Source of the DNA: Octopus vulgaris
Lineage: Eukaryota
Reading direction: 5' to 3'
Length of the DNA stretch: 64,000 nucleotides
Assembly (NCBI GenBank): GCA_951406725.2
Contig: OX597816.1
Coordinates: 129,952,001-130,016,000 of the forward strand
Part shown: positions 40,901-49,200 of the stretch, in pieces
Numbering within the stretch: the first letter of the stretch is position 1
Layout of the letters: every line of letters begins with the position of its first letter
Notes under the pieces: model-generated
Database searches by the model: none
What the model saw: the letters and a program-made list of their open reading frames with translations, nothing else
What the model was told of the DNA's origin: nothing
Program-made: the position numbers and the translations under genes

Positions 40901-42307
40901 CAATATTTTTTGATTTTTTAAAATACTTTTATTTTTGGATAGGAAATTGTGTTTTTCTTTTCCATTTATGCAAACAGTTCAATTTAACCCGAACAGCCTG
41001 CACATTTTCACCCTAAACATTTATGAGCTTTTAGCACTCAAAAAAATAAAAATTCCAAAACAATATGAAATTTACTTACTTGAATTTTTCATAATGTCAA
41101 CAACTTCGTTAACATCTGGCAAAGTCTTAAGTGCTTGGTTAATCTTGTCTCGAACTACCAAAGCTGATGCTGGCCAGTTCTGCTGACAATGTCTTCGGTT
41201 TATCAACCAATCTACAAATAACAAAAAAATTCAATGAACTGGATGTAGAGTAATATATATATTGAAGAATGCGTGGATGATGCCTTACACAAGAATGTTA
41301 CAGCATTTCCCTTTCCACACTAGCACGGGCAAGAAAAGACTTCTTAACCCTTTAGCATTTAAACTTATCAGGTCTAACCTCTCACACCAACCCTACAATA
41401 TCATTCTAAAAATTAACAGTTATCTCATCATAATCTCAAAGCTATAAGATAATGCATGATTAATTCAAAATAATGTGAATAAATAAGCATTACTTTTGAC
41501 AGAATAAATGTGAATGCTAAAGGGTTAATTTAGTATTCTTCCAGCTGATGCCAACACTTAGTTGTTTTCAGGTAAGGTACTTTACTCCACTAGGTTCTTG
41601 CATGTCAAACTGCCAAGCTGCAAAACAGATTGTTTATGTAGAACATAAACAAACATCACTGTTACCCAAGTGATGTAAATGTAAAAACATATGGAGACAC
41701 ACATCATGCATCATTTAACATTCATTTTTCCATGCTTGCATGAATCAGATGGAATTTGTCAAGGCAGATATTTTATGGCTAGATTCCCTTTCTGTCACCA
41801 ATGTGTGTGTGTGGGTGGGGGGAGGCAACTGAAATAAGAGTTTTGACATTCATATTTACTGAATATTATTAGGTAAATAGAAATAGCTTAAAAGTGAATT
41901 CTAAAACATTTCAACCCTATTTAATCCCTAAATTCATGCCCAGCCCCTTAAAATACCTAGATGTATCAACGCTTAAGGGGTTGGATAGAGGGAACCTATG
42001 ACCTTTTCAAATACTTCCAAATTTGTGTTGATGATGTTCAGTTTGAACTTCTTTGGGTTGATATCTGTAAGAAAAGAATAAGGGCAGCGGAAGACTTCAA
42101 GAGACTATATATAATCTTCTTGTTGATGAAGTCTGACTTTAAAAGTTGCAGGGAGGATGACAAGAGTTTCATAAACATCTTTCTAAAATGAAAACTTCAT
42201 AACAATAGCACAAAGGAAGTCAGTTAAAAGGTAATTTTTCTCATACCTGTAAGTTTGTTATAATGTATGTCAATTGGAAGGTTTTCATAATTAACTTCGT
42301 GAGCCAT
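23632..42307 (-). CDS. CDK5RAP3: CDK5 regulatory subunit-associated protein 3 (C53/LZAP; UFMylation/ER-phagy adaptor), 14 coding exons, 1533 nt, about 510 aa
   Basis: Manual splice reconstruction with GT-AG introns and consistent phases. The protein starts MAHEVNYENLPIDIHYNKLTDWLINRRHC, contains RNVNYEIP, KGNCSMYEWRTG, IDWG twice and GVARGNDALTVLE, and ends IEGEVSKKYKNRVVNIIGEINVI*. These blocks match CDK5RAP3 as I recall it. Confidence 0.96.
24200..25070 (-). mobile_element. CR1/L2-group LINE fragment interrupted by a SINE (24371-24605)
   Basis: YKATIQPYIEYYCHFWAGA and LESLAHHRNVSLLYLFYKY. Confidence 0.8.
25340..25511 (-). CDS. CDK5RAP3: CDK5RAP3 coding exon 13 (YVERLEESLRQ...PKLDALRSETKELKKQ)
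   Basis: CAG acceptor, GTAAGG donor; overlaps track ORF 25241..25498. Confidence 0.95.
26747..26949 (-). CDS. CDK5RAP3: CDK5RAP3 coding exon 12 (LEFFLNQRLNEL...HLLQIKRSP)
   Basis: CAG acceptor, GTAAGG donor. Confidence 0.95.
28475..28560 (-). CDS. CDK5RAP3: CDK5RAP3 coding exon 11 (RGVARGNDALTVLEALDTRNLLMEDLME)
   Basis: TAG acceptor, GTAAAA donor. Confidence 0.95.
29429..29935. mobile_element. MITE-like element with long imperfect terminal inverted repeats
   Basis: GTCTTTGGTCAGTAAGTGTTATTTCCTATTTGCTT versus AAGCAAATAGGAAATATCAGTTGCTACCCAAGGAC, plus outer matching segments. Confidence 0.55.
30027..30102 (-). CDS. CDK5RAP3: CDK5RAP3 coding exon 10 (TNGGIDWGDDTE...)
   Basis: CAG acceptor, GTTTGT donor; GIDWGDD motif. 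Confidence 0.92.
30697..30795 (-). CDS. CDK5RAP3: CDK5RAP3 coding exon 9 (IDWGNIEES...DIDFDMSQITVE)
   Basis: TAG acceptor, GTAGGA donor; IDWG motif. Confidence 0.93.
32039..32280. repeat. Inverted repeat (about 86-bp arms) carrying decayed hammerhead cores
   Basis: 32039-32125 is complementary to 32194-32280. Confidence 0.8.
32362..32512 (+). mobile_element. tRNA/CORE-like SINE family B, representative copy; others near 14538-14700, 25115-25278, 27675-27842, 30990-31130, 31480-31600, 39565-39715, 51835-51990, 56325-56460
   Basis: Shared GTGTGGTAAGAAGCTTGC...GTGGCACCTTGGGCAAGTGTCTTCTACTATAGCC...GGATTTGGTAGAC body; often followed by (TG)n and a second conserved module. Confidence 0.85.
32812..32974 (-). 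CDS. CDK5RAP3: CDK5RAP3 coding exon 8 (LPMVKFIINKGNCSMYEWRTG)
   Basis: TAG acceptor, GTAAAT donor; conserved GN.T/S.YEWRTG. Confidence 0.95.
34079..34215 (-). CDS. CDK5RAP3: CDK5RAP3 coding exon 7 (GDKIKVELFELAKELP...FIVE)
   Basis: CAG acceptor, GTCAGT donor. Confidence 0.93.
34700..35746 (-). mobile_element. tRNA-derived SINE with 14-bp TSD, interrupted by an RTE insertion
   Basis: TSD CTACTCTTAAAATA at 34686-34699 and 35747-35760; head resembles the plus-strand copy at about 59157-59490. Confidence 0.8.
34975..35611 (+). mobile_element. RTE-clade LINE 3' fragment
   Basis: FCYLG, ARARLGWVKFRE, KLKGKVCRSCVRAAMLYRSEKW; (GGA)n tail. Confidence 0.9.
36125..36214 (-). CDS. CDK5RAP3: CDK5RAP3 coding exon 6 (DCFKKE...CKKYGIK)
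   Basis: TAG acceptor, GTAAG donor, phase 0/0. Confidence 0.94.
37266..37345. repeat. 20-bp minisatellite, 4 copies (TGCTTTTAATGTRRCACCAG)
   Basis: Tandem units inside an interspersed repeat. Confidence 0.9.
37993..38081 (-). CDS. CDK5RAP3: CDK5RAP3 coding exon 5 (ESGQIMSRNVNYEIPDLKRQIARCQQIEK)
   Basis: CAG acceptor, GT donor; conserved RNVNYEIP. Confidence 0.95.
38353..38425 (-). pseudogene. tRNA-Asn(GTT)-derived pseudogene
   Basis: GCTCCGTAGTGCAGTCAGTTAGCATG...GAAAGGTTGGTGGTTCAAGCCCACCCAGGGATG is collinear with metazoan tRNA-Asn; anticodon position reads GCT and the anticodon stem is broken. Confidence 0.75.
38581..38629 (-). CDS. CDK5RAP3: CDK5RAP3 coding exon 4 (AWSEILNLYEKNNLYL)
   Basis: TAG acceptor, GTAAGT donor. 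Confidence 0.94.
40129..40232 (-). CDS. CDK5RAP3: CDK5RAP3 coding exon 3 (ITYFHVKEIM...KNILGQYSNELTK)
   Basis: AAG acceptor, GTGATT donor; matches the conserved IHYFH...KNIFGRYS block. Confidence 0.92.
40380..40860 (+). mobile_element. Mariner 5' fragment
   Basis: ERTVHQWFEKFQSGDFTLEN..GRPETKVDNDEL HTH region; related to the 18193 element. Confidence 0.85.
41080..41211 (-). CDS. CDK5RAP3: CDK5RAP3 coding exon 2 (WLINRRHCQQNWP...IMKNS)
   Basis: TAG acceptor, GTAAGT donor, phase 1/1. Confidence 0.95.
41344..41528. mobile_element. piggyBac-like MITE; related copies near 13810-13990, 28220-28444, 30200-30425, 37540-37692
   Basis: TTAA-CCCTTTAGCATT ... AATGCTAAAGGG-TTAA. Confidence 0.8.
42247..42307 (-). 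CDS. CDK5RAP3: CDK5RAP3 coding exon 1 (MAHEVNYENLPIDIHYNKLT)
   Basis: ATG at 42307-42305 in ACACCATGG context; donor GTATGA. An acceptor TAG at 42331-42329 implies an upstream UTR exon. Confidence 0.93.
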
Positions 42308-42771
42308 GGTGTCAACTCTTCAAAAAGACTATAATTAAATAGAAAAACAAATAAATTAAAAATAAAATAAAGACAAATAAATAAAAATGAATAAAAAAAA
42401 TATTCAATTGAAAATTTCAAAACCAGCAAATTCACAAAACAGAAGGAACTAATTATGATATAACAATCCAACTCTTAGAAATTGAAAACATAATTCAGCT
42501 CTTTCATAACCAAATATTTAATTTCTTACACTGTTTAGGTATTTTAATAAATTTTGAAACTATTCAGGAATTTTGAGGTATTTACATGTTTTAGTAAAAT
42601 AACCATCATATGGTCTGGTAACAAAATATGATAAATGTTTTTATTTTTCATTCTCTTCAAAATTACTGTGGTTTGGATTTTGACTGGTCCTTCTAGCATG
42701 CTAGGTGTCCTGTCAAGGCACCTTTTATGTGTTTAAATGTACACTAATTTTATATGCATGTATATATATAA

Positions 42772-42802
<31 letters not shown>

Positions 42803-42970
42803 GTGTGTGTATATTGGCAGGGCAAGACTGCTAGGTAGTTGGCCGTATGCTAGAAATAGATCATCAACGATCAAACTACAAAGAAAGTTCTCTAGAGGAA
42901 AAATTCAGCGAACACCAGAACCAAATTTGGCGGGCAGGACAGATGAAAATTTATATAAAAAACAGAATTA

Positions 42971-43047
42971 ATTGCATACCTCGGTTTCGGCCTTTAACAA
43001 AAGAATTACTTACATAATTCAAATGTCCGTGGCTTCATCAGTGCAAT
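42971..43047 (-). ncRNA. Type I hammerhead ribozyme motif, near-intact
   Basis: Minus strand reads AUUGCA-CUGAUGA-(stem II)-GAAA-CC GA GG-UA-UGCAAU: full core, 6-bp stem I, GUA cleavage triplet. Confidence 0.8.
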
Positions 43048-44212
43048 CGTTCAGTGTAAATGCAATCTAATGATATAGTAGAAATAGCTGTGCAAACAAC
43101 CAAGCTTGCATTAAAAAGTTATTAGAAAGTTTGAGGAGTATTTGATAAAGATTCTTATCTATAATTACAGTAAACTGGTGCAAGTAAGTTATCTCCAGCT
43201 GAAAAATTACTTAATATACGACTGTGAATAGTAATAAACTCTCTCCATGAGGTTGAACAAATAGTTAATTCAAAAACAATATAATGAAATTTTCTATAGA
43301 TGGACATTACATCCAAATGCCAGAAACAGGGTCTAGATTATACTTGAATATGAAATAGTTCAATTGACATCAGTTGAACAAATAGCTCCTAAATATCCTA
43401 CTCCAAGCATATTTGCAAATCACAATAATGTTATCAATGGGTCAATAATATCACCAGCATCTCCTACAGAGCTGCCAGATGATCATGTGATCCCCTGTAG
43501 TAATGTTTCTAACAGGTTAAGAATACCAATTTCTCCAATTACCATTGTTGCAACTATTCAATCACTAACACCTCCCACACTACCAATACTAAATCCCATT
43601 TACACTCACAGCATTTTATTAAAAATAAAATCCCCATATAAGAGTTGTAGGATCACAAAGGGAATTCAGAAGCCATAAAGATAATGACTAAGGCAAATTA
43701 CATTTTGTGGTTAGAATAATATTTAGATAATAGTATTCTCTTATTAATATATAAATGTATCTCTGAGGTCAACTTTGCTTTTCATCCTTTTGGGGGTCAA
43801 TAAATTAAGTACCAGTCATGTACTGGGGTTGATCTAATTGACTGGCCCCCTCCCCCAAAATTTCAAGCCTTGTGCCTAGAGTAGAAAAGAATATATAGCA
43901 CACTGTTATGCTGACATGGTGTTGTTTGTATGCTGCATGCTTTCCTGTGGTGATACCAGTTCAATGTCAGATACAGTCGTATGGCCATAAGACTGTGTCT
44001 GATAATGTTGGAGAATTACAATACTCAGTTAAAACAGTTGTTTGAAGTTTCAAATTTACTGTTGTGAATTTAAATAATGACTGAGGCACATTAACTGATC
44101 AAGTTCTTTCATATGGTCGACTAATATATACTAACAGCTACATCACAATCTATAACATTTTTTAGAATAAAATAAATTAGAAATGCCAGAGATAAGTTAA
44201 TGTTATCTTCAA

Positions 44213-45220
44213 TAAGGGTGGGGCAAAATGAATAATCTTTGATTTCTTGTCACTTTCTTCCTACTTGTTTAAAACCATTACATTGAAAATATTGCATCGT
44301 CATTTTGTACAGTTGCATTATCGTTTTGGGGAGTACAAATTGGTCAGCAAAGTTGTTGCTGAAGTTGTCAGGTGGCAGGTACTTTTTCCCCAAGAAATTT
44401 TTCAATTTTGACCCAATTTTGTAGTTAGAATAATGTTTAGATAATAAACATAAATAAATGTATCTCTGAGGTCGACTTTGCCTTTCATCCTTTTGGGGGT
44501 CAATAAATTAAGTACCAGTCATGTACTGGGGTCGATCTAATCGACTGGCCCCCTCCCCCAAAATTTCCCCAAGAAATTCAGTTAGCTAATAAAATATCTG
44601 GATAATTTTTTATGTTTAACAATCGATATTCTTTTCTCTGTTGGATTCCAACTCAATCTATTTCCTACACTAATAACTAATTTGATAATTTTCAATTTAG
44701 AAAAAAATATGTCTGGAGTGGGGTAAAATGAGTAATGACTAATTCAAATAATTCCTTGCCTCAGTTGCGTGATGTATTTACATATCTGGAAGAGAGCCAT
44801 TCCAGAAGACCATAAAGAAGCTATAGAGAATATTTTATGCTGAGTTTTTAGATTTATTCGCGTATCATTTATTAATTATCATGTGTCATTTTCCATGACC
44901 CTCATTTTTTTTTTTTTGCATTTCTGATCTTTATGATGCATAAGGATGGATAGTAATCTGTATGAGCCTTTTCTCAAATGTAATTCTGGAGAATTGAAGA
45001 GACAAATTTACCTTATTTCGTCTTATTTTGCTCCACCTAAATGTCTTTTGTATACTCAAAGAGAATGAGGATAATTTTCTGAAATGTTTTTAATGCATTT
45101 AGAGAAGGTCACTTTCTTACCCGATATGGTTTTTGTAAGGTAGTGAACAATTGTAAAAAAAAACTTTTTTCCTCAAAGTAAAAAATACAGTAAATATTAC
45201 TCATTGTGCCCCACATCCAT
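44213..45220. mobile_element. MITE-like DNA element with GGGGCAAAATGAATAAT-type inverted ends
   Basis: GTGGGGCAAAATGAATAAT (about 44218) versus ATTACTCATTGTGCCCCAC (about 45196); internal copies of the motif. Confidence 0.5.
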
Positions 45221-45248
45221 AATCATTTTATTAAAAACAGTAGCTTAC

Positions 45249-45297
45249 CAGTGTTTAAGTGACTGGGCTACCGTTTCGTATATTATCATCGGGTAGA
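45249..45297 (-). other. CDK5RAP3: Putative non-coding 5' UTR exon of CDK5RAP3 (upper boundary uncertain)
   Basis: Strong donor CTG|GTAAGC at 45248 in non-repeat, CpG-containing sequence; the ATG exon carries an acceptor. Confidence 0.45.
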
Positions 45298-46256
45298 CTG
45301 CAGGGTTTTTTTTCTTTATTAATTTTTTATTTCTTAACACAACCCCCAAATATTAGCACGTTAATGTTGTAAGATACGGAAATAGAATATAGAATCGAAA
45401 ATAGATCATAGTGGATCGGAAATTCTCTCACATATGTGCCAAAGTTTGATTTCTAAATAATTCATTTGCATCATTTAAACAATGGTAACTTTTAAATAAA
45501 ATTAAAAACCTGGCACCTAGAGAGTTAAACTGGGTGTTGAGCAGAAGATGCAGAAGAGATCTAAGACGAGAATGGAATTATAATAGAAAATAAACAACAA
45601 TCATACATTCGGTAAATTCAACAACAAAAAAGAATATTTAGAACGTTAACTTTAACAACGCAAAATACTATAGTTGTAATAGTTGATAATAATTAAAATT
45701 AATATCCTACAAACTTCGTGTCATTTACCAATATAAATATAATTGGTTTCTTCTGCTTATGCTTTCATTGTTCAAAATAATCACAATCTGATATAATCAA
45801 CCAACATATGGGATATTTTAGAAATAAAAATAACAGCATTCATCAAGTTAAAATCGTCTGATATACCTTACTTTGCCTATTTGTTGAAATAATTTCAATC
45901 TCTTGTCTAAACAAAGTTTATAACAACTATATTACATTGTTTTAAAATAAATTGACACGTTGTAACTGAAGAGTAAACAATTTATAATCATGACGATTTT
46001 ATGCCGGGTTTCTTTCAACAAAATAATGCTGTTTTATCCGATATGCTTATTTTAAAAACCGTTAGTAAATTATAACAAAAGAAACAGACCTTATACAGCA
46101 AGAATAGATGTGAAATTTCAGTAAATTTTATGTAGTGTATCCTAACATCAACAATACATCGCCATCAGGACCGCCGATTGCTAAGCAGACTGAATTATTT
46201 CCCTTAACACAACATGAATTATCTTTCCTTGATTCTCCTTATCTCTCAGTCTTCAA
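45298..46256. promoter_or_regulatory. Putative bidirectional promoter region, CDK5RAP3 / ILKAP
   Basis: Divergent genes; about 1 kb with no recognisable TE; CGGAAA (ETS-like) motifs near 45377 and 45417. TSSs not located. Confidence 0.55.
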
Positions 46257-46287
46257 ATGGATCTTTTCGGAGATTTACCGGAGCCAG
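46257..46287 (+). CDS. ILKAP: ILKAP coding exon 1 ([10 protein letters not shown])
   Basis: ATG at 46257, donor GTGATA. A polypyrimidine tract plus CAG ending at 46249 suggests an upstream UTR exon. Confidence 0.93.
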
Positions 46288-49200
46288 GTGATATGAATTT
46301 TTATTGAACTGTTAAAATATCTATTATATTCGTTCTTTCTCGTGTTATGAAGTATAAATACTTTACGTTACTTAATATATATGTAATTTACCTAATGAAA
46401 TTTGATTTACATCTTAGTTTAGAAATGAATCAATGAAGAAGCCTCTACGTGGTTATTTGACCTATTAGAAATTGCAGCACAATCTCCTTCAGATCACATT
46501 TATTTATCTTTTTAAAAAACGACAGCGTGTCATGTAAAACACTATATCGAGAAAAGTTGAGATTGTCACACCTGGAACGCAATTCATAATATATCTGTGC
46601 TATCTGTAGCGACCTGGGACGAAACAATTTTGTCGTAATAGTAAAGATTTCCTTTACGAAAAAGGAAATAATTGATTCAACTCAGATACAGACTACATTA
46701 TACCTTCACAAGATATCATAATACGCAGAAAGTTTTTTTTTTTTCCTATAGCTATATAATTGCTTACCAAACTCTAGTGAAGAACAAACACGATGTTGAC
46801 GAAGTAAGCGGATCCAATGAAAAGCTAAACAAAAAATAACCAAATGTAAATCATTCATATTATCCAAGATTCCTTTTTAAAATATTTTAATGACATAGCC
46901 ATGACCATAAAAACATAAAAATCGTATCTAATGAAGGCAGAACCACAGCGCAATTATTCAATGTACATAAACTAAGATCAACTTATTAGCAAACAAACAA
47001 CATGACTATATATATGTGTGTGTGTGTGTGTGTGTATATAAGTAGTGCATTTTGTTTGTTTTTCTCTTTTTTTTTCTTTCTTTTGAACTTTCGTTTTAAG
47101 ATAGTCTTTATGTTACCAACATTGTATAATATACAATAGATGTTTACTCTAAGTGTTTACTCTTTGTGCTGCATAAATGATAAGCACAAAAGATAGAAAT
47201 ATAGTTTGCTTTTACTTATTTATTCACAAGCACGTTCTCAACATATCGTATATCAGTAATAAAATTAGTCAAAGAGAAATAACAGCAACAAGTGAAAAAT
47301 AACAACTTTAAAAAAAAATAGATTGAATATTTCAAAGGATAGCTCTAATTCCATTGACTGAAGCTTATTATAAATGGAGAGACGGCGATGCTGAGCACTG
47401 GGGATCGATGCGGTCAACTTTCTTCCACCCTTTAACATTGCTGGCTTTGTGCCAAAATTAGAAAGAATTAGTGTTGGTTTCGAATTTAAGCACAAGGACA
47501 GCAATTTCAGGGGTGGGAGTAAGTCGATTATATCGACCCCAGTGGTCAGCTGGTACTTATTTTATCGACTTCGAAAGGATGAAAGGCAAAGTTGAATTCG
47601 GCAGACGAATTTGAAAAACATGTCTGGCCAATACTACCTTGCTTGTAAATATTTTGCCAGCTTACCACCTTACTAAAAATAATTATTATTGTTATCAAGA
47701 CGGTGAGCTGGCAGAACAGTTAGAATTCCGGGCAAAAATGCTTAGTGGCATTTCACCCGTCCGTATTATACGTTCTGAGTTCAAATTCCGTCAAGGTCGA
47801 CTAGGCGGCGAACTGACGGAATCGTTAACGCACCGAGTAAAATGCTTGGCGGCATTTCGTCTGTCTTTACGTTCTGAGTTCGAATTTCGCCGTGGCCGAC
47901 ATTTGCTTTCATCCTTTCGGGGTCAATAAAATAAGTACCAGTAGAGCTTTGGGGTCGATTATTTACATTTGACGGATATTTGTCTTCATCTTGTTTATTG
48001 TTAACACAACGTTTCGGCTGATATACCATCCAGCCTTCATCAGGTGTCTTAGGAAAATTTCGAACATGGGTTTTCGTTCCTAAGGTATTTTTCGATGTTG
48101 TTGCTGTTGTTATTATTATTATTATTATTATGGTCACTACCTGGAATCGAACTCGGAATCTTGGGGTTAAGAGCGCAGACTACTAACCCCAAAATTCCGA
48201 GTTCGATTCCGTCAATGGGTCACAACAAAAAAGTTTGACAAACGCAGGCTTAGAGCAATTGTCCACAAAGGTAGTATGTGGTCTCTGTTCAAAATTTCAA
48301 AAGGCTGCAGTGTGAAATGTATAAATATTCAGTTATATATATCTTTCAATAGGGAGATGAAACTGGGAAAATAAGTTTTGTTGATAAAATTGGCCTATTA
48401 AGAGGACAAAACTTTTAAAAGCCTGCGATCCATGGGAAAATTCATTCAAATAAAAAGACTCTTTGGTAGTAAGAAAAGTTGGGGACCATTGGCAGAGAGA
48501 CTTCCTGGCAAAGAGAAATGCCAAATGGCCGAGTTTTCTGTTCTGACACAAATATATACAAATATGTATGGGATAAGAGGACTGACCCTTCAGTTTTGCA
48601 TGGAGTTAGAGCTAAAAGAGGGTGGTCGAGGAGTCCTCTTATATTGGTGGGGACTTTATATGTCGTTTGTTGTTACAGAATGTTACTATATAAATATATT
48701 TCTGGTTTCTCACCATAAAGAGTATCATTATGGTGTATCATCAGACCCTAATATATATATATATATATATATATTTTATATGTATATATATATATATATT
48801 TAGCAGAAGTAACAGAGTAACTGAAGGCCCGAGAGTTTCGTGTGTTGGCACTTATCAAACTAGTTTGATAAGTGCCAAAGCACGACACTCTCGGACCTTG
48901 AGTCACTCTGTAACTTCTGCTAAATATTAATAAAGATATACATATACTCATATTTTGAGTTCTATTTGTCTATTTGTTCGACTAAAAACCCTTCAAAGTG
49001 GTGCTCCAGCATAGCTGTAATAAAATGACTGAAGCAAATAAAAGAATATATATTGAATTGTTAATCCCTACAAATTTTTTTCTCTCTTCGTTTTTTTTTT
49101 TTTACCCTCTCAGTCCTTTCTGTCAAAAAGCATAAGCTCAAAACATCAAAGACGTTTCCATTCTTCCCAAGCGTTAAATTAATACACCTACTTCTTGTTC

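Noticed and set aside
46603-46637. GAAACAATTTTGTC stem III-like segment
   Set aside because: No CUGANGA upstream.
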